NCBI GenBank assembly: GCA_900617105.1
Contig: UYFQ01000509.1
Coordinates: 62,001 to 126,000 of the forward strand
From: Hydrurus foetidus
Taxonomy: Eukaryota
Length of the DNA stretch: 64,000 bases
Direction: 5' to 3'
Shown: one piece after another, positions 26,192 through 38,770 of the stretch
Layout of the letters: every line of letters starts with the position of its first letter
How positions within the stretch are numbered: the first letter of the stretch is position 1
Notes under the pieces: model-generated
Told to the model about the DNA's origin: nothing
Database searches by the model: none
What the model saw: only the letters and a program-made list of their open reading frames with translations
Program-made: the position numbers and the translations under genes

Positions 26192-26613
26192 CCGTCGAGT
26201 CCCCTATTATGGTAAAATTGAGTGCGAATAGAAATATTTTCCTTATCAAAATCACAGAAATTTTGTCACGGAAATGGAAAACGGAAAAGTCTATCTTCCT
26301 TAATTTGACGTTCTACAGTCCCTTGTTACCACAGTCATCTTCTGTAATAACATACGTTTAGTTTCTTCAAACAATCTCGCTGATGGAAATGTTTCGACCG
26401 CCAAATGTCAAACATGCATTTTCAAATGTGTGCAACAAATAGTCCTCGTCAGATTTTCTTTTTTGACATGCGGCTATTACGTACGTTGCCATCAGCAATA
26501 GAACGCACCATTTACCGCGATTTCAATGTGACACAATCTCGAAAAATGGCCGAAAAAGTATAACTTTTAACGATTTTGAAAAACCGTTTTCACCATATTA
26601 GGGGACTCGACGG
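26192..26613. mobile_element. MITE, about 422 bp, with termini related to the 15291 element
   Basis: 26-bp TIR CCGTCGAGTCCCCTA(T/A)TATGGT(A/G)AAA with 2 mismatches. Left flank is TA and right flank is TG, a probable decayed TA. Confidence 0.75.
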
Positions 26614-27704
26614 TGTTCGGAAATAATGGCGGTAGACCGATGTCGAAAGAAAACCCGATTAGATGAGCACTATATTTCAATTAATTAGACGCAATCACGC
26701 AATTTATTGAGATGAAAACAGACAGGAAATAGTACAGGTTCATGCGATATAGGACAAATGCAAATTGAAATAATTTTGTAGGTGGATATATTTGGGTACT
26801 ATGGATCAGACCCAAAATACCAAAATGTTTAATTATTCGTAAACGTCTATATCTAGCCAGCTATGTTAATTTATTATTTTTTAGGGATACAAAAGTTTAT
26901 TGTCGGATTTTTCGAGTGGACATCTTTTGCAGATTTATTTCCGATGACGTCATTTATTTGATTTTGAATATTACCATATAAAGCAGAAGGAAAAGAAACT
27001 TAATAAATAAAGACGGTCGGGTCGATTGAAAAGACTAACAGAATGACGCACTTATTGTATTCTTTCACACTCACTTAAATGACGTGAAAAATGATACACT
27101 AATATTATTTTGTATTTCACAAATAGTACAGATCTAATTCTATAAACACCTCCACCGTCTCCTTTGCATTTTATCGGATAGGTAGAAAGGCAAGTTAAAA
27201 AGTTAGTGATATGGGAAGGAGTCAGAAGAGAGGAAAAGAGGTAAAGAAAATTAAAAGCGTAGTAAGTAGTTTTGGAAGAAAAGAGGGACAGGGATGATCT
27301 TTAGATTGAGTCGGGATCGTCACCGAAGTTCAGGGGAAAATGATAGAAAGAAAGAAATGAAGAAAGTAATAGAATAAAGGAATGATATTAGAAAGGTGGA
27401 CGAAGCAAGGGAGGGTAAGGTTGGGGTCACTCAACTCACTGGAAAAGAATGCGATCGATAAGAGCAGGGTAGATGGGATGGAATATTGGTGGATTCTTGT
27501 TTGCGTACGTACGCGTATTTCCTGAGAACCGTATTGACTTTCCAGAAACATATTTTACTCTGCACCTTCAATCACTTTCATTTTTCAGTAATTAATTGGA
27601 GTGTATTTACTGGCACTATCATCAGGGCAAAAATAAGTTCGCCCAATCGAGATTGGAGTTCCCAACTTGAACTTGAAGTTGAAGTTTATGAGTGGACCTT
27701 GGAT

Positions 27705-30700
27705 CTAGCATCCTTCGAAAGTAGTTCTGCCCAATTGTTGAGCGACAAATACGCAGTACAGAAATATGAAGAAGTACCCAGCCCATTTCGGTAGAGTCCA
27801 ATTGACCAATTTTATCGTCACAATTAATGCGAACAGAGTGACGAAAAGAATAATAATAGAGGTTAAAAAACCGTCTGCAACGACTATCACGGATTCTTGA
27901 TATACGATAATGTACAGAAGCCAGGGTAGTCCCAGCGCGACATTGATATCGAAGACATTACTACCAATTGTGGAAGATACAGCCTTGTCACCAAAGCCTT
28001 GTTGGGCGACTATGACAGCAGAGAACATGTCCGGGACACTGGTACCAGCCGCCAAGAAAGTTAAACCCATAATGACAGAAGGTATTCCAGCAGTAGCTCC
28101 GATTATCTCCACCCAACTCACCATGAAGTAGGAGAATAGTCCCATCCAGCAGAGACACGTTATAAAGGTTAAATGGGCGAATTTACGGTATCCTGGCTTA
28201 CGTACGTCTGCTACGGTACACCAGAAAACGAATACGAGAGGAAATGTGAGTATGTACCAAAACCAAGTGAAGGCGCCAGCTCCTATTGGTGGGGATAGAC
28301 TGATGCCTTTTTGTGCGGAAGAAGTTAGAAAGAAAGGGAGGGAGGGAGAGAAAGGGAGCGTGAGCAGAAGGATAGAAAAGGAGTGAAGCAAAGAGGGAGA
28401 AATGGAGTGATGCAGAAGGGGAGTAAAAGAGAGAGAGAAAGAGAGAAAAAAGAGGGAAGGGAGCGGAAGAATGATAGGGGATAGAAAAAGAAAAAAAAAG
28501 AAAGAAGAAATAAATGGAGATAGAGAAAAGTGCAAAAGAGGTCTATATTGCAAAGCTATGGGACATAGGGAAACAGAAAGAAAAAGGGAGGCCGAGAAGT
28601 GTCACTTATTCGCACCTTCCGAGGCGTCCTGCTCATTCTGCGCTCTTTCCTTGTGTGCGCTCCAAAACAAGGATCTCTCGTACCATGCTTCGAACTCTGT
28701 CAGAGACACTCTCTCCGCACTCTTTCCAGACACGTCAGTAAGGGCAATTCTCATTTCCGCCTCTGGCACAGTGGGATGACCCAGATTGCGTAACATTACC
28801 CCTATTTCGTCTATTGAAATAAACCCGTTACAATCGACGTCTATTGAGTTGAAGCAGTGAACAACTTCAGCACGCATGCGGGACTCGGAGGAGATCCACC
28901 TAAATATGTGTGAGGAGGAGGGAAAGAGGGTGTGAGAGAGTAAAAGGGGGGGGGTGTATGTGCGTGTAGAGAGAAGGGAAAAGGGTTGATGGAGTAAAAG
29001 GGAGGGAGGGTGTGAAGTGGCAGGAGATAGTTTTGAAAAGCAGAAAAAAGGGGGGAGGGGAGATAATACACGAAAAGGAAATCTTTTTAGATTTCTGTAT
29101 AAAGTAACAGTTCACACAAACCAGATGCTGAACTCTTGTAGGTCGATTGTCCCGCTTCCGTCTTTGTCCAACTGCTGCATCGCTAGAGTCAAAGACGCCT
29201 TGGGGGGCAGATAAGTAAATGCGTATAGATTTGTTGAGATGTTAGATGACATCAAAAAAATATGACTATTATGAAATAATTGAAGTACAAGTAATTTGCT
29301 GGTGTAGATTGAAACTACAAGTGAACATGAAAATACTAAGAATTGAGATAATATCAATGATAATTTGCAATATACACAGAAATAGAAATGTTCCCAGATA
29401 AAGCATCAGTCACTTACGTCATCGTTTTCGCAGTGTAGTAAGTCAAACACAGTCTTCAACTCTGCAGCATCTATTTGGCCACTTTTATCCGTATCGAATT
29501 TCTTGAACACCTCCTCAACCGACCCGGATATTCTCGAGACCATCGCTAATATACGTTTAACATAGTATTAGATGGTATTGCAATGTATTAGAAGCTGATA
29601 AGACATTCAGATGCGAAGTCGTTTATTTTTTTGGATTATGTATATATAATCGTAAATCATTCACAATCTTATTCAGTATGTTTCAAATAGTTGCAACTAT
29701 GTACAGCTCTTACTACGCTACTTAAACTTACCAGTCCCTGCACACTCAACCAGACTCTTATTCGTCATCAAAATATTCAAAATCCCAGTTCTGAATAAAA
29801 AAGTGAGTAGTGCCGTTTGATTAGCACGACAGAAAAAGAAATGAAAGTAGATTTTCTTCGTGTTTTATAGAATAATCTGAAGTCTATAAGTATATTTGAC
29901 AACTGAAGCAAAAAAGGCTTAAAAACGAGAGAAACGAGGTTTTTAGGAAGTGAGTGGATGACAACGGAAATCAGTTTTAGGTAGTGTTTATGAAAAATTT
30001 GAGGAGACAGATTCTCAAAAGCATAATCCAAATCAAATTAAGTTTCATTCCGCACACGCACCTGAATTTCGAATTTCCGCAGAACAAATTATTGGAAGCT
30101 TCTTCAGATTTTTTTTTCTCCTCATCGGCCAACCATCTTTCACTACCAACTTTTGTCATTCCATAGCTGCTGCTTGCAAAGGTACGTGAGAAAAAACGGT
30201 ACAATGCCTCGTTTTTGTACATTATATAGACATAGCTACGTGTTGAAAATAAAGGAATTTTGTGGTTGAAGTTAGTAAAGGAGGAGAAGAATGAAAATGA
30301 GTGTCATTTGGAGGTGCCTTCAGAAGATACTATGAACGAAGAAGGTCGCGTCAAGCGATCAGTAATGAGTCACTACTCGCAACAGAGAAAGAAAAAAGGA
30401 TGTCAAAAAAATATGGCATTCAGATTAAGGGCAATTCCATTGCATGATATTATTGGTTTTGGTACTTACACGAAGTATAGCAGGAAGAGAATCAGCGCTT
30501 CATACCACTCGATAACTTGCGGGGAATTTACTCCGAAAAATATAGCCAACATCACGAGAGTCATTATGTAGAATGAAGAATCTCTCATCAAGGGCCACCA
30601 CGTCAATTTCATAGGGATGGATGTGGCAAGCACGCAGACACCTACTACGAATAAAAGATTGAAGACAGCTGATCCAACAATCGTCCCGAAACCAACATCA

Positions 30701-31246
30701 CTTCTTAGGAATGTTCCAACAGCTGATGTGAATAGTTCCGGCGCGCTGCTACCCGCAGCCATCAATGTTGCACCCGACACATCGGGTGAGAGCTTCATCC
30801 AGTCGGCAATAACATCAAGAGAAGGACAGAAAAAATCATCAGCTATAATTGCCAACGCGACAAACAAATAAAGAACTCCGAGGGCATAGATTGCCGCTAG
30901 CCCTTTTGGATTAGCTGGTAGAACACACCCATCTGAGCTAAGTTTTCTTCGATGTAAGTCAATATTTGACATATGTGGATTCTGAATAGAAATCTCCCGA
31001 GACGAATGAGAGATCGCGGAAGAATCAACGAAAATATTATAGATCGTATAGCCACCGATGATGATTGCAAGCACAGCAGTCTTGAAATACATGCGCATCT
31101 GCAAATGGAAAGTGTGAGTAAACAGTAAACATCATTCTCGTATGAGTTCAACAGCGAAAGCATGGAATTAATCGGCATCTGCAGACCTTAATTTTCGTTC
31201 GGCTCATGCGATGACGCCCCATCCGAGCGATTTGTGGCGAAGCCAT
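27705..31246 (-). CDS. K+-dependent Na+/Ca2+ exchanger (NCKX/SLC24-like) with EF-hands in the cytosolic loop
   Basis: Alpha-1 repeat GATLMAAGSSAPELF, GTIVGSAVFN. Alpha-2 repeat GLTFLAAGTSVPD, GSNVFDI. EF-loops DTDKSGQIDAAE, DKDGSGTIDLQE and DVDCNGFISIDE. First exon inferred at 31246-31187. Confidence 0.9.
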
Positions 31247-31974
31247 GCGGCGACAACGGATTGATGGTTTGTATAACCTACTGTGGCAGAAGTGTGGTGG
31301 TGATTTGTGAAGAAGTGGTGTTGAAACTCAACTCAACTCAACTCAACTCAACTCCTCGTACTCAACTGTGGAACTGTGAGTGGATTTCGGTTACATTGTT
31401 TGGTTAGGACCCACTACACAACTTTCACTTCACAACTTTCACTTTTCTCATGTTCTCACTTCACAACTCCCACTCATCACAAATCTTTTCAGTTTAAAAG
31501 AGCAATAATTCATTTGAACTCCACATCAACCAGAATTAGCTTCTTCATTAATGCGGTTCCCACTTTGATATCTGACAGCACTCAAAGATCGCTTTACGTC
31601 AAAATTAATGAGAATGCTTCCAAAAAATTGAAGTTAAAATAAGTGTAGCTATTCAAAAATTAAATCTTAAAATTGAAAGTCTGGTACGTGCACTGGGGCT
31701 ATTCCAAAGTAAGTTTCCTTTCCTCGAAGTTACTAAACGCTCTCGTGCATGTGTATAAATACTAATCAGACTGTCATATCTACCAAGATAGGTAGTTTCT
31801 GGGGGAGACAAATGAAGTACTAAATGTACATAACTGTGTCTAGCAAAGAAACAAAATAAAAGGAAAAGGGATGTGGTGAGGGCAAGAAAATAAATAGATA
31901 GAAAGAAAGAACACGATAGAAAGGAAGAAGAGAAGGAAAGGACAGAGAGAGTGCAATGTAGTGTGAAGTCTCGC

Positions 31975-33680
31975 CGACTTCATCGCTTACAGCTTGCGGC
32001 CCTCCAGCTTTCATGGTTGGTTGCAGGGACGACTCACTCCCATGTTCCTCGCAGGAATGAGGTTTCTTCGTGTGCTTCTTTGTTTTTTTGTTGCGTGGTT
32101 TTTTTGTTGGTTTTGATGGTCTTTTGCAGGATTTTTTAGTAGGCTCCATTGTTGCTGCGATGCACGTTGGTGATGGTTGTGCTGTGGGTGTGGGTGTGGG
32201 TGTGGGTGTTGGCGTAAAGTACGTTACTGTTGGTTGTGCTGTGGGTGCTGGTGTGGGTGTTGGCGTGAAGTACGTTACTGTTGGTTGTGCTGTGGGTGCT
32301 GGTGTGGGTGTGGGTGTTGGCGTGAAGTACGTTACTGTTGGTTGTGCTGTGGGTGCTGGTGTGGGTGTTGGCGTAAAGTGCGTCGCTGTTGGTTGTGCTG
32401 TGGGTGCTGGTGTGGGTGTTGGCGTGAAGCACGTTACTGTTGGTTGTGCTGTGGGTGTCGATGTCAGAGACAACAGCTCAGCTGATGGTACGGACGAGGG
32501 CTGCGCAGTGGTTGATGCAGTGGAAGGAAGAGATGACGGCTCAGCTGATGGTACGGACGACGGCTGCGCAGTGGATGACGCAAGAGAAGAAAGAGATGAC
32601 GGCTCTGCTGATGGTACGGACGAGGGCTACGCAGTGGTTGATGCAGTGGAAGGGAGGGATGATGATCCAGCCGATGGTGCGGACGAGAACTGTGCAGTGG
32701 TTGGTGCAGACGATGGCGGGGTCGTCACTGGAAGTTCCCTTGATATAAAGCTAACGATATGGTTGCTACCGTCGGCCATGTAGAAGTTATTGTCTGGGGC
32801 TACGCTGACTGGATCCATTCCGGAAATTAACGCAGGAATACCGTTCTCGTACGATGATGAGTATTGGCCGAACCCGGCTACTGTCATAATCAACTTGGTG
32901 ATCGCGCTCACCATCCTGATACGGTAGTTGGAGCTGTCGGCAATGTAAATGTTCCCCTGTGCGTCGAATGCTGAGTGCAGTGGATCCTTTAGGAAGGCCG
33001 CCTTTGCCAATCCTCCGTCCCCACTGTATCCCCTCTCGTTGCAGACACCGGCGATAATTGTGATGATTCCTGTTGATGCAGTGACCTTTCGAATACAGTG
33101 ATTGCCAAAGTCAGTGATGATTAAGTCACCAGACAAGTCTATCGTCACGCCACTTGGATAGCGGAAACTTGTATCGATCGCAGGAACGTTTTCTCCGTAG
33201 AATCATCTCGAGCCGGTACCAGCGTAGGTTGTCATGATACCCGAGACTGCGTCAACTCTGCGAATAACGTCGTTAGATGAGTCTGCTATGAACAAATCGC
33301 CGCTTTTGTCCAGAGTTATTCCTTTGGGATATGAGAGAGTCGCTTATGTCGCAAGAAGGCCGTCTCCGATGTATCCGTTGCTGCCGGTGCCGGCGATGGT
33401 CGTGATGATGCCTGAGATGGCATTGACCTTCCGAATTCGTTTCCCATACTCCTTGGAGAAGTACAAGTTTCCTTGTGCATTGAGCGCCAAATCGTATGGA
33501 GCATCAAACTTCGCATTCACTGCCGGGATGTAGTCCAGAAGCGAGCCCCCTGATGTGGATCCTACGACAGAAGTGATGATGCCCGTGATTGCATCGACTT
33601 TGCGGATTTGTTCTCCAGAACTGTTGACAATACCTGGTTCCCTGAAGCATCCAAAGGACGCATGTGGGACGTCTAATGTC
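31975..33680 (-). pseudogene. NHL-repeat (teneurin-like beta-propeller) protein with Thr/Pro mucin-like stalk, disabled
   Basis: Repeats such as GYSGDGGLAKAAFLKDP..FDAQGNIYIADSSNYRIR lie in one frame, interrupted by TAA (33344-33346), TGA (33203-33205) and TAG (32627-32629). Apparent frameshifts near 33630-33660. Boundaries are approximate. Confidence 0.78.
32175..32710 (-). repeat. Coding-type tandem repeats (about 54-60 bp): [15 protein letters not shown] and [21 protein letters not shown]
   Basis: Two adjacent arrays of near-identical units. Confidence 0.85.
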
Positions 33681-34079
33681 TGGGATCATATACCGTACTG
33701 GTACATAACTGAGTTTTTACGTAGGTGTTTTGTATCTTTATGTCGTGACATGTGATCATGTTCCATTCGATGTATATTCTGGGTTGGTTTCTGCGTGAGC
33801 CTCTGACGGGCTGATAGCTACCCGTCGGCTGGGAATGTTCTAAATGATACTCGGTATGTGAGTTGGTCTCTGAAGATGTGTTTACAGCGTCAAAATATGA
33901 AAACAACTGGTGATGGTACAAGCGAAGGTAACGATCAAAGAAGCATCGCCGACCCTGCAGTATGCAAGAAATGCTAATTAATTGATGCAGTGTGCAATGT
34001 ATTTGGTGAGTTGGCGGTGTTTCGCCAATGGTCGCGTGAACCCTCGTTGAAATGATCACAGAGACTGCGGTCCAGGGGG

Positions 34080-35030
34080 GGAGCAGATAACCAGGCCAAC
34101 CAACCAGGCCAAGACGCCAGGCCAAGATATAGTATTGCAGTAATTACTGCTCCATCACATCTCTCGGCATCTCATCTCGATTCTATCATCTCTCGCAGCA
34201 CCCCCCGCAGCACAGCACAACAAACTCGTAGGTCGTCGAGCCGCTGCCCTCAAAGTCGTTGCCAGTCATCGCAATTTACTGAGGTTGCGATGAAAAGCAT
34301 GTTCATCTGAGCTTTTGCGGTATTTATTTTCTTGGGCAGCGTTGCCCTAAAAATTCGTCAATTTTAATTCTCTTGGTAAATAATCCCAGACGTCTATGCT
34401 TGCGCGATCCAAATGAAAACTTCGGAGGAATGAGTTGAACAAGAGGAAATCAACGGTCCCTTTCGTTCCGAAGGTGTTGCGAATTTTGTTCCGAGACTTG
34501 CAGACCTCATTTGACTCCGTAAATTTTGTCGACTAATTTATCATGCGTTAGGAGAGATAACTGGAGTTTATTCTTCGCCCCTTGCTTCCGATATGCCTGT
34601 ATAATTGTCAGAGGTTATTACTTTTCGAAATTGTTCCTAACGCTGTCATCTCCTTTGGTCTTGGATGCTGCACAAGTGCAGGAATAACTGAGTCAATGCT
34701 CTCATTTCTGAATCACTAGTCATGTTCATTTGACATCCATGAAAGATGGTGCATGGATATCTTTCAAGCAATACATTGTTTTCTTTTAGATTTTTTAGAG
34801 CGAAATTAATTCTGGACTTCGCGTCCTCGTAGGGTGATAAACTGAGCGTAGGAGCATCTGCTGGCACTTCTGCTACTTTTTCCATATCAATTACTGATCA
34901 AAAGTTACACGACAGTTGAGCAACGTTGCATGATTAGGGATGTGACAAATTCAAATGGAGCAGTAATTAATGCAATACTATATCTTGGCCTGGCGTCTTG
35001 GCCTGGTTGGTTGGCCTGGTTATCTGCTCT
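34080..35030. mobile_element. Non-autonomous Mutator-like (MULE) element, about 950 bp
   Basis: 75-bp TIRs at 34081-34155 and 34955-35029 with 1 mismatch. 11-bp direct repeat GGTCCAGGGGG at 34069-34079 and 35031-35041. Confidence 0.82.
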
Positions 35031-35954
35031 GGTCCAGGGGGTCCGAGGATGGCATCCAAGATCCAAGGTCCGGAGTCCAGATGCTAAAGGATGGTCATAA
35101 ACATGAAGGGGGATATCGATATCGCCAGGCGGCTGTCCAGCATATCTAAACAGCATTGCACTGAGGTGTTGGGGTGAGGAGATGCCCCACTATGTGTGAT
35201 AGGTGTGATACTAAGCTGTATGTGAAACGATGCTAGCAGGGTCGTGCATGAATATCCGTAGACTGACACTCCCTGTTGTGAAGATGCAGGTGAACGTGTA
35301 AATGATAGTAATTGAATGTTATAGCATCTTAACATGAGCTGCCCACACTGAGGATGTACTGCAACTGCGGGACGTTGTACAAAAATTATGAAGTAATTAC
35401 AAGTACTGTATACGTGCACTCATATAATAAGTAAAAATTATTATGTATGTTAAGTTATGTTGTTGTCAACGGTTAAAATGACATAATTTTTTAATGTGCA
35501 GTCATCCGTCTTCATTTCTTAGGCTGCTGTGACCGATATCGATGCAGGAATGATCCCCTCGCGGCCGATCGGAGGACTCTGGTTGGCATTTTACGGCGCT
35601 GTATTTATATTTAGGGTGACATTGTGGCAACGAGTGCGAGACCTTAGGACAGCTCAAGTTTTGCTGGAACTTCAGGATGAGATTAATTGCCCTTCAAGAA
35701 ATTGGACTCTATCGCCGTACAGCTCCACGAGGGTCCAGGCAATGTCCCCCAACGAACCGGTGAGTACGGTTTGTACAGTTTGTTGCGAAGAGTTGGTTGA
35801 TCAGATAATATCCGAGAGATCAAGATATCCACTATGAGGCTAGTCTCAATTTTATCGCTCGTGTGTCACGTGTCGTCAGAGGAGCCGACAGCAATCTTTC
35901 CATTCAAGGTCTATTACTATCAACGTTTTTCAATCACAGTTTTCGATTACGGCC

Positions 35955-37178
35955 ATGGTGCAACTTGTATTCTTGACCATTCTCATCGGACTGCTAGCGT
36001 CATCCTGTGAGGCTGCAACAAAGTCACAGACACAGAAGAAGCCATCTGACCCAAACGATAACAAAGGTTAAGTAATCCCAGTTTAACAGCCGCTCTTTAA
36101 ATCGACAGCAACATTATGTCATAATTTCTGCCCTTCTCACAAATTTAACTTTCAAATTGCTTCGATATTCGTATCACAGGAAATACTCCTTTTTTCCTTC
36201 AAGATCCTTACGATCAGACGTGTGTAGGCCCCAACGGATTTACTGTGTGCGATGAGAGATCATTATGGATATTAACGAAGAGAGCAGGGAAAAAAACTTA
36301 CTCACTCGTGTCTTTATTGAACCCCTCCCCGCAGGGCATGTGTTTGGAGAGAAAATCATGGTTATTTGGAATTTTTGGAGCTGATAAAGTCGGAATGGGA
36401 CTCTGCAGTAAGACCGGTTCTAAAACGTGGGAGTTCAATTTTGTTGACAAAACCCATGTGAAATTGTCAACTAAGGGGCAGTGCCTAGTCCGTGGCAAAA
36501 ATAAATACAAGAACTCCGTATCTGTCCAGAACTGTAAGAAAGGAGAATTTTTACCGTTAGTGTATCATCCAACATCAGTTCACGAAGCTGGCTTCTACCT
36601 TAAAGCGGCTGATGGTATGTGTTTTGACGGCTCAAAGTTCCGATCATGCGAAGGGTCGGGGTCGAACATGCTGCTGTGGGGTGTGGGCATTAAGTACATA
36701 TGGGGCAAAGCGAACCGCTATTTCTTCAACTTCCACATCCAAGACAGAGGAAACTGCCTGGTGGCTTCAGGGTCAAAAATAGAGAAGACTTCATGCTCGT
36801 CAAGCGGGGCGATGAGATGGGGCTTATCTGACGGTAAACTCTCCATAGATAACGGAAGAATGTGCCTTGTTAGATTAGCTGACAACACAGGGGCAATGGC
36901 GAAGTGCAGTGATGCAAATGAGTATATTTCAATGGATATTCCGACAGTTTACTCAAGCGAAGATCTCGCAGCCATGCTCAACAATCAGGTGAAAAATTAG
37001 TCTTAATATTTCTCTTTTTTCTTTTTTCACTCGTTTATTTCACATATCTTTTCTGTGCCTCTATTATCACACGCTCATTACCAATGCAACACTAAAATTT
37101 TAATAGGAGAATTTGTCTCCAGAGGAGAAAGCAGCATTAGCGCAGATGGTGAAGCAGCATTCTTTGATTAGATCGTAA
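35955..37178 (+). CDS. Secreted Cys/Trp-rich protein, probably tandem ricin-B (beta-trefoil) lectin-like
   Basis: Exons 35955-36066, 36180-36988 and 37107-37178 join in frame. Signal peptide MVQLVFLTILIGLLASSCEA. Recurrent (G)xCL...C...W subdomains. The gene is well supported; the fold is inferred. Confidence 0.65.
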
Positions 37179-38770
37179 CATGGCACGACCTGGGTCGTCA
37201 TTAGTTGTTCATGTCCGTAATCCTCCTATCCTCTTTTTCTTCATCCTAAGCTATTTATTGTGGCGAAGGAAGGATAATTATGGAAATAATTCTTTTTATT
37301 AATTTTAAAGCATCATACGCGGTTTTGAGAAAAAAATCAGATCACTGAAATTGATTTTTGATCGCGAGGAATTCCGAAACGGCTCCTCCTTTACCTTAAT
37401 GTTTCACCAAGGCAAGTTGAAACTCGTTACTGATTCTCACAAATCTGTCCCTCACGCTCCAAACGCTTTCCTCCATCAAAATCAAAAGATCTCTCGTCTC
37501 CATAATCACGAGTGTCGTACAATTTATACAAAACTGCGTACATACAGTACACAGATCTTTCGTGTCTTGCGTATATACACAGAAATAATAGTGAAATTGC
37601 GTATGCAGACAGTGTAATTCATATGGACCTACGCAGCTCTCCTTCTTCCTCAGAAGCACATTTTCCTGCAGTATCAAACTGTATTCTGTTCTATGGTGAA
37701 CCCTACAGTACAATTAAGATTGAATAGAATGCCCGAAAATGCGCACGGATTCGAGGTGGAAATGGTGATTTCAACAGTGCTCAAACCTGTTCTCATTCTT
37801 TACTTCAAACATTTTTTCAGTTTACATGATACATCGCTTCCAGCGGTTGTGACAATGGCGTATGCGTGTAGACCGATGTAATAGGATTGCAAAATTTCAC
37901 ATCATACATAAATAGGTGTAGAAGTGGCAGGAATCATCTAGGCTGCGCGAAATTGAATCCCAGTCCAACAATTAGGGAGCGGAGCATCTCTGGTAAGCAC
38001 GAAATCCCACCAGTAATCTTTGATATACTTCACGATAGCTAGAGCAATTCCGTGATTCTCACTGGTGCTTAATGCTTGTTACGCTGCGAATACCGATAAA
38101 TGAGTACGTGTGAAAGAGAAACTCCATTTTTTCTCCTTTTCGTAAGAACTTTTTTCGCATCGCAGTTTTTTGGGGAATATCGCAGCAAAATTCGGCCAAA
38201 TCCGTTATATGACAAGTGAAATTCTTGAAATGAGCACCATGAATTTTTATTCACACTACTGCTGAGTATTGTGTAAAAAAGTTAAACTATTTCGTTCTCG
38301 CTCTGAATTCTTTAGTACAAAACACGTACTGTACTGCTGTACTGTTCAGTACGTATTCCTACGCACATAAATTTTAATTTCTCATTAGCTCTATACCTAG
38401 AAGAATTTTTCTTCACAGACAGAATGAATTCTTTTTCTCACTCATCGACCATTGAAGGGTTGTCGTGATGACAATTAAAAATAGATACAGTTTTGTGAAT
38501 TATTAAGTAAATCTAAGAATTCTGCGTGGAATGTGATGCAAATTGACTGTATAAAATCTACTACAAAATAATCTCTTGTCATGAAAGAGAAAAAAAAAGA
38601 GTAACGGTTTCAAATAAAAGGCCGCCCATCAAAACTGCATTTATTGATGTCTAAATTAATAAGTTTGAAATGCATGAAAAGAAATGATGATCATGTCTAA
38701 TAAGGACTTCAAGATTTCACGGACAAGAGGCTCGTTATTTATCAACAATTCAAGAGCTGATTATTTTGAT

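Noticed and set aside
32070..32783. Plus-strand (GV)n 237-aa ORF
   Set aside because: It is the antisense shadow of the Thr/Pro repeat region.
32627..33346. Stop-codon reassignment or selenocysteine in the NHL gene
   Set aside because: All three stop types occur, frameshifts lie upstream, and the other genes use standard stops. Pseudogenisation is the simpler explanation.
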